Shown here: positions 20,349-29,854 of the stretch, one piece after another
Layout: the number at the start of each line of letters is the position of its first letter
How positions within the stretch are numbered: the stretch's first letter is position 1
Source: an uncultured Gammaproteobacteria bacterium
GTDB lineage: Bacteria; Patescibacteriota; Patescibacteriia; Magasanikbacterales; UBA922
NCBI GenBank assembly: GCA_964522405.1
Contig: CAZFTR010000006.1
Span: forward strand, 2,430 to 66,429
Length of the DNA: 64,000 nt
Direction of reading: 5' to 3'
Notes under the pieces: generated by a model
What the model saw: the letters and a program-made list of their open reading frames with translations, nothing else
What the model was told of the DNA's origin: nothing
Database searches by the model: none
Translations under genes and position numbers: made by a program

Positions 20349-20590
20349 ACTAAAATAAAACCCCTCCGATATTCATCGGAGGGGTAGCTAGATTTTTAGG
20401 ATTATCTTCCTAACCCGTATCCAAGAAGGTGTATTCGAGGCAAAGACGAGCCTTGGCCTGTACTTCCCTGAAACACACCCCCATGCTTGTCGTGGATACA
20501 GGATTGCACTTACTTAACCTTTTAACTTGATTAACCTGTTAAATAAGCCCTGTCCTGTATACATAATCCTTGGTTTCTAGCGAACTGACA
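20348..20590 (-). ncRNA. Candidate structured ncRNA (~240 nt; identity unassigned, possibly SRP RNA-like)
   Basis: Minus-strand consensus promoter TTGACA(20614-20619)-17 nt-TATTAT(20591-20596); 5' and 3' ends pair (ctag..aggattat / ataatcct..ctag); ends in strong GC hairpin (ggggtagc side, 20352-20376) plus U-run; internal segment GUGUGUUUCAGGGAAGUACAGGCCAAGGC loosely resembles SRP RNA domain IV. Confidence 0.4.
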
Positions 20591-20752
20591 ATAATAACAT
20601 AAAATTGACTCTTTGTCAATACCTAGGATGTGGATTTGTTAAAAATTGGCTTATTTTAGCTAAACTTATGCAGGTTTTTATTATAGCAGATTTGGGATTA
20701 AAAAAACATAAAATTCCGCCTCTAGGCGGAATTTTATGTTTTTTCGAATCTT

Positions 20753-21379
20753 TTATTTAATCACCTTATCAACTAATCCATATTTAACTGATTCAGTTGC
20801 ATTCATAAAATAGTCCCGATCACTGTCTTTTTCTATTTTTGCCAGATCTTGTCCGCTATGTTCGGCGAGGATGTGGTTGAGTTTATCTTTTATTCTAAGT
20901 ATTCTCTCTGCATGGATTTTAATATCGCTGGCCTGTCCCTGTGTCCCACCCAGAACTTGATGGATCATTACTTCACTATTTGGCAGACAGAATCTCTTGC
21001 CTTTTGCTCCGGCTGTAAGTAGAACTGAGCCCATGCTTGCTGCCATACCAATACATATAGTGGACACATCAGATTTAATATATTGCATGGTGTCATAAAT
21101 TGCCATTCCTGCTGTAACTGAACCTCCAGGAGAGTTGATATATAATTTGATATCTTTGTCTGGGTCTTGGTTCTCTAGAAAGAGCATCTGGGCAATTACT
21201 AGATTTGCTACATTGTCGTCAATGGCACTTCCCAGGAAAATTATTCTGTCTTTTAAAAGGCGAGAATAAATATCATAGGCGCGCTCTCCGTGAGAACTTT
21301 TTTCTATTACTGTAGGTATAAGATATTGTGATCTGATTTCAGGAGTTATATCAATTTTTTCTTGTCTAAGTGTGTGCAT
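20753..21379 (-). CDS. clpP: ATP-dependent Clp protease proteolytic subunit
   Basis: 208 aa; ClpP motifs incl. catalytic Ser context [11 protein letters not shown] and His/Asp regions. Confidence 0.9.
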   Translation of the reverse strand: MHTLRQEKIDITPEIRSQYLIPTVIEKSSHGERAYDIYSRLLKDRIIFLGSAIDDNVANLVIAQMLFLENQDPDKDIKLYINSPGGSVTAGMAIYDTMQYIKSDVSTICIGMAASMGSVLLTAGAKGKRFCLPNSEVMIHQVLGGTQGQASDIKIHAERILRIKDKLNHILAEHSGQDLAKIEKDSDRDYFMNATESVKYGLVDKVIK

Positions 21380-21418
21380 ATTTTTCTATTTAATTCTGAA
21401 TAAATTATAACACGCAAA

Positions 21419-22417
21419 TTATTGTTTAACAAATGTTATTTTATTTTTTTCCAATGTTTCAAAAAAGTATTTTACAGCTTGGTCAAGTGGTTTATTTATG
21501 CTAAATCCAGAAGCTTTTTTATGGCCACCACCACCGAACATCTTTGCGATTTTTGACACATCAACATCGTTCTTTGTAGTCCTCATGCTTATTTTTACAG
21601 TTTTGTCTTGGTTTTCCTTGAATACCATTGAAGCTACCCCTTCTTTTAGATGGTTTAACATGTTAGCAATACCTTCAAGCTCTTCCTCTTTTACCTGGTT
21701 TTTGCCAAAGTCTTCTTGTTTTAAGATTGTATAAGCAATATTTGTTGTTGGGTCGATAACAAGTCTAGATAGTACAATCCCAGTGGTTTTTAAAGCAGCT
21801 ACTGATTTGTTTTGAATCATGCATTTTCTAATAATTCCGGTGTTGGCATGCTGTCTTGAGAGTTCACTGGCTATAGAAAGTGCTTTTTTTGAAGTACCTG
21901 AATTAGAAAAATTGCTGGTATCATATAAAAGTCCTGTCATTAGACTGGTGGCAATTTCTTCATCTATATCAATATCATTTACTTTAAAAAAATTATACAG
22001 AATTTCTGTTGTTGATGAAGAGTCTGGAATCACTAAATTTATATTTCCGTAGAGTTCATTTGAACTGTGATGATCAATATTTATAAGAGTGGGCTGATAA
22101 TCCAGTTTATTTATAAATTCTTCAATTCCTGCATAATCAAGACTACTACAATCAACAGTTAAAATATGCGAAAATTTTTCTTTTTTCCAAATTGACGGAC
22201 TTGTTTTGAGTTCATTGGCATGTTCCAGGAAAGAAAGAGTTGAGGGAGATTCAGTTGCGCAAAAAATAACATGTTTGATGTTCATGCGATCAAGTATTTG
22301 AGCCATAGCAGTTGCAGCACCCATTGCATCTCCATCAGGGTTCTGATGGGGGACTATCATTATGCTGTCAGCTTTTTTTAGCTCATTATAAATTTGTTTT
22401 GCTATTCTTTGTGGCAT
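21419..22417 (-). CDS. nrnA: DHH-family phosphoesterase (NrnA-like oligoribonuclease/pAp phosphatase)
   Basis: 332 aa; DHH motifs (HQNPDGDAMGA, NIDHH) and DHHA1 GGGGHKKASG. Confidence 0.75.
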   Translation of the reverse strand: MPQRIAKQIYNELKKADSIMIVPHQNPDGDAMGAATAMAQILDRMNIKHVIFCATESPSTLSFLEHANELKTSPSIWKKEKFSHILTVDCSSLDYAGIEEFINKLDYQPTLINIDHHSSNELYGNINLVIPDSSSTTEILYNFFKVNDIDIDEEIATSLMTGLLYDTSNFSNSGTSKKALSIASELSRQHANTGIIRKCMIQNKSVAALKTTGIVLSRLVIDPTTNIAYTILKQEDFGKNQVKEEELEGIANMLNHLKEGVASMVFKENQDKTVKISMRTTKNDVDVSKIAKMFGGGGHKKASGFSINKPLDQAVKYFFETLEKNKITFVKQ

Positions 22418-22458
22418 ATATCTATTTTCACATTTATAATTTAGTATAAATTACAAAT

Positions 22459-22862
22459 GTGGACCTCCTTTCTCCTTGTTTTGTCCACGCTTGTTCACGC
22501 CATCATCTGACCGTCTTCGAAGTTGAGGTCGGTCGCGAAGAGCGCGAAGAAGCAGGTGGCGAACATCATGCCTGTGGCCCAGCTGTCCGGAGTCAGCACC
22601 GAGGCGCAGAAACCGAAGGACAGCATCAAGTGCATCCAGCTCCTGTTCCTAACCAGGATCCAGGCCAGCATAATGCCGAGGAAGATGACCACGACGCTAA
22701 TCAGGATCTGTCCGATGGGCGGATTGCCGGTTGCTGCCACGATGAGCTCGGGCAGGATCAGGCCGATGAGGGCCATGACGAACGCTCCAGCCTGAGCGTT
22801 GGCATTATCAGAGTCCATTTTCCCTCCCAGGATCTCTCATTGACCCTTAAAGAACCCTAGCA
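22459..22862. other. High-GC island 2 (compositionally foreign segment)
   Basis: ~60% GC block between nrnA and smc; one ORF with strong RBS. Confidence 0.6.
22495..22818 (-). CDS. Small polytopic membrane protein (3-4 TM), GC-rich foreign ORF
   Basis: 107 aa hydrophobic; GGGAGGG Shine-Dalgarno 4-5 nt upstream of ATG on minus strand. Confidence 0.45.
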   Translation of the reverse strand: MDSDNANAQAGAFVMALIGLILPELIVAATGNPPIGQILISVVVIFLGIMLAWILVRNRSWMHLMLSFGFCASVLTPDSWATGMMFATCFFALFATDLNFEDGQMMA

Positions 22863-22952
22863 AAGCATTATATATGGATTGCCAGAGTTTGTCAATAATG
22901 ATATAATTTTAGCAAAATCAATTGTTTTTAATTGAGATTTTCGTGATTATTT

Positions 22953-25900
22953 ATGTATTTGAAGAAAATCGAACTTAATGGCTTTAAGTCATTTGCAAAT
23001 TCAACTATTCTAGAATTCCCTAAACCAAAAAAGGGATTATTTAGTATTACAGCAATAGTGGGTCCAAATGGTAGTGGTAAAAGCAATGTTGCTGATGCTA
23101 TTCGTTGGGTAATGGGTGAACAGAGTCTCAAGCAAATTCGAGGCAAGAAAAGTGAAGATGTAATATTTGGTGGCTCAGAAGGAAAAGGGAAAATGAGTGT
23201 AGCAAGTGTTACTATTACTCTTGATAATAGTGATAAAAGGGCACCTGTTGATTATGAGGAATTAGTTATAACCAGAAGAGTTTATAGAAGTGGAGAGAGT
23301 GAATATATTATAAATGGAAATTCTGTAAGATTGCTTGATTTGCATATACTTTTGGCACAGGCTCAGTTTGGTCAGGGATCCTATTCAATAGTTGGACAGG
23401 GGATGATTGATCAACTGCTTTTACAAAGTTCTGCAGAGCGTAAAAATTTTTTTGATGAGGCTGTTGGTATCAAGGAGTTTCAGATCAAAAGACATCAGGC
23501 AGTTTTGAAATTAAATAGAACCAATGAGAATATCAAACAGGCTGATATGATCCTTTCTGAAGTTGAACCAAGAATGAAATCACTTAGAAGACAAGTAAAA
23601 AAACTTGAACAAAGACAAGATCTTGAAACAAATCTTGATGATTTACAAGAGAGATATTATGCAACGGTTTATAATAGTCTTTCAGAAACTATAGAAAAAT
23701 TAGAAAGTGAACAAAAACATCATGAAGAAGAATATAAAAAAGTCCATACATCACTTGGGGGAGTTCAAGAAGAATTAAGTTCACTTGCAAAAGAAGAATC
23801 AAGACATGATCAGTTTCAAGCATTACAAAATCAATATCAGGATTTGGTTCACAAAAAAAATCAAATGGAGAGAGACAGAGCAGTTTTGGTAGGTAGGCTT
23901 CATACAGAATATTCAAAAGCAGGAAAGCAAAATATTGCTTGGTTAGAAAAAAAGATAGAAGATCTGGATTTAGAATATCAGAAAATTAGCAAAGATGTAG
24001 AGGTATATGAGTCTAAATTCAAAAAAGCTAAGGAAAATTTAGTAGAATTAAATCATCAATTGTCTGAACTTGAACAAAATAAATTCAAAACACAAAAACA
24101 AATTGTGGAATTAGAAAAAGGAATTTTTGAAACAAATAATACAGAGAGAATAATGCCTAGATCAGGATTTAGAGCGGTTGAAGCTATCTTAAATCAGAAA
24201 AATCAATTTAGCGGATTAATTTATGGAATGGTTGCAGAGCTTGGAAGGGTGGATGACAGACTTAAGTTATCTCTTGAGGTTGCTGCAGGATTTAATCTCA
24301 CCTCAATTGTGGTTGAAAATGATCAGGTTGCGAGTGAGTGTATAAATTTTTTAAAAAAGCATCAGCTTGGTCTTGCTACTTTTTTGCCTTTAAATAAAAT
24401 TAAAGCCCGTCCGGTTCCACATAATATTGATCAATTGTTAAATAATCCAGGTGTGGAAGGTCTTGCAGTGGATTTAATAGAGCATGATCAGAAATTTAAA
24501 AATATTTTTTCCTATGTTTTTGGCGCCACACTCGTAGTAAAAGATGTAAAATCAGCCAGAGATGTAGGAATTGGAAGGGCTAGAATGGTCACTCTCGAGG
24601 GAGATATGTTGAGCACAGGAGGTTCTATGAAGGGTGGTTACAGGAGAAAAACAAACTATTCAATTGGTTTTTCATCTGACGTAAGCTCTCTTTTGACAAA
24701 TACTCAGAATACTGAAGAAAAATTACAAGAGTTAAAAGAATCACTTGGCGAGGTCGAGGATCAGTTTTCTCAAAAACAAAAGCAAATAATGGAATTTAAA
24801 TCAGAGAATGGAGTTTTGGAAAATAAGCTTGAATTAACTGTTAAAAAACAAAATGACCTGGCTGGTGAAAAATCATCTTTTGAGCAGGAGTTGTCACTCA
24901 ATAAATTGGATCCTGCTGAGTATGACGATATGATGAAAGAAATAGAAAAAAGCAAAGAAGATGTTTCAGGTTCAATAGAATCAATTGTCAAAGAAATAAA
25001 TCAGGTTCAAAAACAAATTGAGCAGTTCAATGAAAAAGAAGAAGAGAAAAGAAAAAGAATTTTTGAATTGCAGGATCAGATGCAGGTTGTTCAGTCTGAG
25101 TTAAATACTATTTCTGATAAGAAAAATCATATCCAAGTCGAACTTGCCAAAGTCTATACTAGGCGTGAGGATCTGGAAGAAGATGCTTATCAGGAATTAA
25201 AAGAACATATAGAGTTGATAGTTAGAAAAGCAGGAAAGTTGTTTGATCAAAAAGAATTGGACAGTGCAAAGGTTCAAATTGAAAAAATAAAATATAAATT
25301 GAGCTTGATAGGTGGAATTGATGAAGAAGTTATGCAAGAGTATGAAGAGACCAAAGAAAAATATCAACATTTGATTGCTGATTTGAATGATTTGAAAAAA
25401 GCTTCAATAGACCTGGAAGAGCTTATAAAAGAATTGGATAAGGTGATGAAAAAGAGGCATGCGCAAGCATTTAAGAAAATCAAAAAAGAATTTGCCAGAT
25501 ACTTTAAGATTTTATTTGAAGGTGGCAAGGCAGAATTGTTAGAAGTTTATGGAAAAGAAGGTGAAGAAGAGAGAGAAGATGATGAAGAAGAAATAGAGGA
25601 TGAGGAGCTTGATCAAAAAAAGAAAAAAAGAAAAAGAAAAATTTTACAGGGAATAGATATTTCAGCTACTCCTCCAGGAAAGAAAATTAAAAATATTACA
25701 GCGCTTTCCGGAGGTGAAAGAACTTTAACATCAATTGCTCTGGTTTGCGCTATTTTACATACAAATCCACCGCCATTTGTATTGTTAGATGAAGTCGAAG
25801 CAGCGCTTGATGAAGCAAATACTGTTCGTTTTACAAAGATTTTGCAGGAATTGGCTGAGCAGTCTCAATTTATATTGATTACACATAATAGAGCTACTAT

Positions 25901-25982
25901 GCACTCAGCAGATGTGCTCTATGGTGTGACTATGGGAAATGACGGAGTGAGTAAGTTGGTTAGTATTGGCTTGGGTGGTTAG
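22953..25982 (+). CDS. smc: Chromosome segregation protein SMC (compact form)
   Basis: 1009 aa; N-terminal Walker A GPNGSGKSN, long coiled coils with hinge, C-terminal signature LSGGERTLTSIAL and Walker B VLLDEVEAALD. Confidence 0.85.
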   Translation: MYLKKIELNGFKSFANSTILEFPKPKKGLFSITAIVGPNGSGKSNVADAIRWVMGEQSLKQIRGKKSEDVIFGGSEGKGKMSVASVTITLDNSDKRAPVDYEELVITRRVYRSGESEYIINGNSVRLLDLHILLAQAQFGQGSYSIVGQGMIDQLLLQSSAERKNFFDEAVGIKEFQIKRHQAVLKLNRTNENIKQADMILSEVEPRMKSLRRQVKKLEQRQDLETNLDDLQERYYATVYNSLSETIEKLESEQKHHEEEYKKVHTSLGGVQEELSSLAKEESRHDQFQALQNQYQDLVHKKNQMERDRAVLVGRLHTEYSKAGKQNIAWLEKKIEDLDLEYQKISKDVEVYESKFKKAKENLVELNHQLSELEQNKFKTQKQIVELEKGIFETNNTERIMPRSGFRAVEAILNQKNQFSGLIYGMVAELGRVDDRLKLSLEVAAGFNLTSIVVENDQVASECINFLKKHQLGLATFLPLNKIKARPVPHNIDQLLNNPGVEGLAVDLIEHDQKFKNIFSYVFGATLVVKDVKSARDVGIGRARMVTLEGDMLSTGGSMKGGYRRKTNYSIGFSSDVSSLLTNTQNTEEKLQELKESLGEVEDQFSQKQKQIMEFKSENGVLENKLELTVKKQNDLAGEKSSFEQELSLNKLDPAEYDDMMKEIEKSKEDVSGSIESIVKEINQVQKQIEQFNEKEEEKRKRIFELQDQMQVVQSELNTISDKKNHIQVELAKVYTRREDLEEDAYQELKEHIELIVRKAGKLFDQKELDSAKVQIEKIKYKLSLIGGIDEEVMQEYEETKEKYQHLIADLNDLKKASIDLEELIKELDKVMKKRHAQAFKKIKKEFARYFKILFEGGKAELLEVYGKEGEEEREDDEEEIEDEELDQKKKKRKRKILQGIDISATPPGKKIKNITALSGGERTLTSIALVCAILHTNPPPFVLLDEVEAALDEANTVRFTKILQELAEQSQFILITHNRATMHSADVLYGVTMGNDGVSKLVSIGLGG

Positions 25983-26166
25983 TTTAGTTTTTCTTAATGT
26001 TTTTCGTTGACAATAATTAGTAATGTTATATACTTTAAATATTGGTAAGTTTGAAGCTCAGTAATCGAACTTTGTATATAAAAATCCCCAAAAGGGGATT
26101 TTTATATACTTTGAAACAATTAAGATTTTTTTAATGGTGTTTATTATAAAATATTATCGGTGGAAA

Positions 26167-26240
26167 GGGCGGAGGCTGGCTGGGCCAAATTCAAACTTAC
26201 CATTTTGAATATTGGAGTTCGATTCTCCCTCCGTCCACCA
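26167..26240 (+). tRNA. tRNA-like element with aberrant arms (anticodon region TAC in an 8-nt loop; possibly tRNA-Val(UAC)-derived or pseudo-tRNA), CCA encoded
   Basis: Acceptor GGGCGGA/TCCGTCC, canonical T-loop GGAGTTCGATTCTCC, 3' ACCA; but 3-nt D-loop and 8-nt anticodon loop cttaccat; followed by terminator. Confidence 0.4.
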
Positions 26241-26370
26241 CTGAATTTGACAAAAAAAATTATAAATGATAATTTAATACTTATATGAATCACCAATGTA
26301 TTATTAAAACTGCTAAGAAGACAAAGAAGATCTCGCTCGCGGGTTAGTGTTTTGTTGTATACATTTACAT

Positions 26371-26396
26371 GTCCCGCAGAAAGCGGGATTTTTTAT
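26371..26396 (+). terminator. Intrinsic terminator (tcccgc-agaaa-gcggga + T7)
   Basis: Seen directly downstream of tRNA-like element. Confidence 0.5.
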
Positions 26397-26431
26397 TGTA
26401 GAAGTGAATTTAATAAAGGATGTGAGCACGA

Positions 26432-28069
26432 GTGGCGTGCTTGTATCCCCTTAGAGTTCATTTCACCGTAAAGAGTAGGGAGAGTTCCTTGAGAAGACAT
26501 CCAGGAAGGCGGAAAAGGGTAGTCGCCAAGTTCGGCGGCAGCTCGGTGGCTTCGGCAGTCATGCTGCTCACCATCTCCGAGATCGTAAAAGACCGGCGAC
26601 GGCGGCAGCGCGATTGGATCGTGGTCTCGGCTGCGGGCAAGCGCAGGCAGGTCAAAGGTGATGTAAAAGTCACTGATCTGCTGATCATCTTGCAGAACTT
26701 GATGGAGGACAGCACGCCCAATGACCACCAGGTCAAAGCGTCAGACTTCCAGACGGTCTGCAAGTGGGCGGGCGGCGAGAACAACCTGAGCGTGGACACA
26801 CTCTGGGAATTCATTGCCGAGCATCATCGCCAGATCGCCAGTCATGACGAGATCAACTTCGACATCGAGCCCATCCTCGGCAAGATCAAGAACGAGATCG
26901 TTACCAAGAAGGGTCGAGCATTCACTGTCAGCCGCGGCGAGTACCTTATGGCGTGCATCGTGGCTCAAGTGCTCGGTTACGAGTTCGTTGACGCGGCTCA
27001 GTTGGTCAAGTTCGACGTCGACCAGGCTGGCAACGTTCGGCTCAACGAGCACGAGACCAAGAAGCAGATCCAGGCTCACTGTCTGGGACACAAGTGCGTC
27101 ATCCCCGGCTTCTACGGCTCGAGCATCGAGAACCAGGATCAGATTCTGGTCTTCTCTCGTGGTGGTTCGGACATCTCGGGGGCGCTGATCGCTGCAGCAC
27201 TTTCGACCGACGTCTACGAGAACTGGACCGATGTGCCTGGCGTGGCCATGGCTGATCCTCGGTTCTTCGGAAAGAACGGCCGACGCTGGGTCAAGTGGAT
27301 CTCGGAGATCAGCTACCGAGAGCTTCGTGAAGCAGTTTACGCCCAGGTCCTCCACGAGGACGCCGTTCAGCCGGTTCGCAAGCACGGGATCCCCATCAAC
27401 ATCCGTTGCACTCTGCGTCCTGATCACCCCGGAACCATGGTGGTGCGAGATCGTCGACCTAACGAACGCCTGGTGCAGATCATCGCGGGCCGTAGTGGCT
27501 TCGTGAGTCTGTGCATTGGTCGGGACGAGAGCAACGACGAGATCGGCTACGCAGCTACCATCCTCGAGGTGCTCAAGGCTGAGGGGATTTGGTTCCACCA
27601 CGTGGCGACCAGTATCGATTCGATCAGTGTCATCATCCCTGCCGAGGCACTGAGCAATGGCAAGCTTCGGGACGCGATTCAGGCCATTCGAGATCAGGTC
27701 GAGCCTGACCGTCTGGTTCCGCTCGACGATTTGGCGCTGATCTGCCTGGTGGGCGACCAGGTGGGTGTCAACTCCAACAAGGTCCTGGCCTATGCTCACG
27801 CCGGGCTCTGGAACGCTGGCATCGAGGGGGTGCGTTTGGTCGAGATGGGGTCGTCTCAGCAGAACGTTATCGTCGGAGTCAACAAGTCTGAGCTCGAGGA
27901 CGCCATACGTGCTCTGCACGACGTGTTCGCCAGCTCTACGTTCTCGGGCAAGCTGCTGGCGCTTGGACGTGCCCGGCTTCGGCTGATGCGTCCGGGAACT
28001 GTCCTCACTCGAGCGGGCAACAAGCTCGGACGGTTGGTGCGAATGGCCAAGTTGCGCCGACAGGCCTGA
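26432..28069 (+). CDS. lysC: Aspartate kinase (amino-acid kinase domain + two ACT domains) with arginine-rich N- and C-terminal extensions
   Basis: 545 aa; KFGGSSV, WIVVSAAG, SRGGSDISGALIAAALSTDVYENWTDVPGVAMADPRF, C-terminal ACT repeats; true start may be TTG at 26489 preceded by AGGGAG. Confidence 0.7.
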   Translation: MACLYPLRVHFTVKSRESSLRRHPGRRKRVVAKFGGSSVASAVMLLTISEIVKDRRRRQRDWIVVSAAGKRRQVKGDVKVTDLLIILQNLMEDSTPNDHQVKASDFQTVCKWAGGENNLSVDTLWEFIAEHHRQIASHDEINFDIEPILGKIKNEIVTKKGRAFTVSRGEYLMACIVAQVLGYEFVDAAQLVKFDVDQAGNVRLNEHETKKQIQAHCLGHKCVIPGFYGSSIENQDQILVFSRGGSDISGALIAAALSTDVYENWTDVPGVAMADPRFFGKNGRRWVKWISEISYRELREAVYAQVLHEDAVQPVRKHGIPINIRCTLRPDHPGTMVVRDRRPNERLVQIIAGRSGFVSLCIGRDESNDEIGYAATILEVLKAEGIWFHHVATSIDSISVIIPAEALSNGKLRDAIQAIRDQVEPDRLVPLDDLALICLVGDQVGVNSNKVLAYAHAGLWNAGIEGVRLVEMGSSQQNVIVGVNKSELEDAIRALHDVFASSTFSGKLLALGRARLRLMRPGTVLTRAGNKLGRLVRMAKLRRQA

Positions 28070-28258
28070 TCTACAATTCTACTCGTTACGCTGCGGACTA
28101 GACGCTGACCAGTAGGATTCGCTGCGCAAGCAGTATCGGCCCCAAGCTTACGGGGGAGCTGGGGAAGGCGGGCGCGAATGTTACTCCGCAGACATTCGCA
28201 AGCCCTTTCTAGAAATTTTTCATAAGTTTTTATAAAGGGCTTAATCGGAGGATGCCAA

Positions 28259-28537
28259 ATGGCAGAAGAAGAAAAGAAGAAAGAGTTCGCAGTCGTCTCA
28301 GTGATGATCTGCACTGATCAGGTGGTCTTGTCGCTTCGTGATGGCGACTCATGCGGCGGGTTCCCGCCCTGCGACGCCAAGATTGCGAAGGGCGACTGGA
28401 TCGAGTCGGACGGCGTTGTCTCGTTCGAGGGTCAGGAGGTTCAGATCCAGGACGGACTCGAGGGGATCGCTGAGATCTACATCATCGGTGGAAGGGTGCG
28501 CCAGAACCGAGGTCGGATCACGACCATGGTTCCTTAG
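28259..28537 (+). CDS. Small hypothetical protein (92 aa), GC-rich foreign ORF
   Basis: GGAGG 7 nt upstream of ATG; no recognised family (contains SCGGFPPCD). Confidence 0.4.
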   Translation: MAEEEKKKEFAVVSVMICTDQVVLSLRDGDSCGGFPPCDAKIAKGDWIESDGVVSFEGQEVQIQDGLEGIAEIYIIGGRVRQNRGRITTMVP

Positions 28538-28627
28538 TCTGCATTGGCTACACCAACATCCACTCCGGGGCGACATTGCGCTCTCCTCGGGGTGGAAAGG
28601 AAAAATTTTATGCTATAATAAAAATAT

Positions 28628-29854
28628 ATGAATCAAGAATTTAAAATAGGTAATCATAAAGCAACAGATATAGTAGAAAAATTTGGAACGCCTACCTATG
28701 TTTATGATTTGCAGGTTGTCCGAGATAGGGTAGAGGACTTGCAAAAAAGAATTGGTGCTTATCCTAAAACTGAGTTTCTTTATGCTGTAAAAGCAAATTA
28801 TAATCCTTTTTTGGTGGGTGAGATTATAAATTTGGGTTGTGGAATTGATGCAGTTTCAGCAGAAGAGGTCTTGCTTGCTATTAAATGCGGAGCTGATAAA
28901 TCCAAAATCATGTTCACTGGAAACAATATGACAGATGAGGAGATGAGAAGTGTTCATGAGCTTGGAGTTTTACTAAATATTGGGTCACTTTCGCGTTTAG
29001 AGAAATACGGAAAGGAGTTTCCAGGAAGCAAGGTAAGCATTAGATTTAATCCAAATATTGGAATTGCCTCTCATGAAAGCAATATTACCGGTGGGCCTGA
29101 TTCGAAATTCGGTATCTCATTTAAAAAAGTAGAAGAAGTAAAAGAAATCGCAAACAAGTATAACTTGAACATAATTGGTGTTCATCAACATATTGGTTCT
29201 GGATGGTTACGTTTGCGCGAACCAATTCTTGCTCTTGATGTTATTCTGGAGATTGCTGAGCAATTTTCAAATCTTGAATTTGTCGATGTTGGTGGTGGTT
29301 TTGGTATTCCCTATAAGCCAGAGCAAAATCGTCTAGACATTGGGCTTTTGGGAGAACAAATCAATAAACGCTTTTCAGCGTTTTGTCAGAAATATGGTCG
29401 CGAAATCACACTTAGGTTTGAGCCTGGTAGATATGTAGTGGCTGAATCAGGTCATTTACTAACTAGAGTAAATACAATAAAAGAATCAATTAGCAGAAAA
29501 ATCATTGTTGGAACAGATACCGGAATGCATCATCTGGTGCGAGTAGCCATGTACGATTCATATCATCCCATAGTTAATGCCAGTAATCTGGATGGTATGA
29601 TGCAAGAGTATGATGTCACTGGAAATATTTGTGAATGTGCTGATTTTTTTGCAAGAAACCGAATGCTTCCTGAAATCCGAGAGGGGGATCTTCTTAGTAT
29701 AGATATTGCCGGAGCTTATGGAATGGCCATGGCATATAATTATCAGTTTAGAGGGTTGCCAGCAGAAATAATGATAGATGGAGATCAATTGGTTGAGATC
29801 AGAAAAAGAGAAACTTTTGATGACCTATTTTCTAGATACAATTATGAAACTTGA
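28628..29854 (+). CDS. lysA: Diaminopimelate decarboxylase (PLP-dependent, fold-type III)
   Basis: 408 aa; YAVKANYNP PLP-lysine motif, GGGFGIPY, Orn/DAP decarboxylase architecture. Confidence 0.85.
   Translation: MNQEFKIGNHKATDIVEKFGTPTYVYDLQVVRDRVEDLQKRIGAYPKTEFLYAVKANYNPFLVGEIINLGCGIDAVSAEEVLLAIKCGADKSKIMFTGNNMTDEEMRSVHELGVLLNIGSLSRLEKYGKEFPGSKVSIRFNPNIGIASHESNITGGPDSKFGISFKKVEEVKEIANKYNLNIIGVHQHIGSGWLRLREPILALDVILEIAEQFSNLEFVDVGGGFGIPYKPEQNRLDIGLLGEQINKRFSAFCQKYGREITLRFEPGRYVVAESGHLLTRVNTIKESISRKIIVGTDTGMHHLVRVAMYDSYHPIVNASNLDGMMQEYDVTGNICECADFFARNRMLPEIREGDLLSIDIAGAYGMAMAYNYQFRGLPAEIMIDGDQLVEIRKRETFDDLFSRYNYET

Larger units (their letters stand above)
26420..28600. other. High-GC island 3 (compositionally foreign segment, two ORFs)
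   Basis: ~60% GC with GC3-rich codons, flanked by AT-rich native sequence; ends just upstream of lysA. Confidence 0.65.

Noticed and set aside
20348-20590. RNase P RNA or tmRNA identity for the ncRNA candidate
   Set aside because: It is about 240 nt, which is too short. I found no P4/CR-I-like GGAAAGUCCGG, no tRNA-like 3' end and no tag ORF. It is left unassigned, with a weak SRP-like resemblance.
26741-27919. 392-aa minus-strand ORF, plus several 70-150 aa ORFs on both strands, inside the aspartokinase region
   Set aside because: They are antisense or alternative-frame ORFs typical of GC-rich DNA, which has few stop codons. The plus-strand frame carries clear aspartokinase motifs.
29778-29843. 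Upstream start of dapF giving a 77-nt overlap with lysA
   Set aside because: The conserved DapF N-terminus begins at ATG 29844 (MKLEFTKFHGTGNDM). The longer N-terminus has no homology support.
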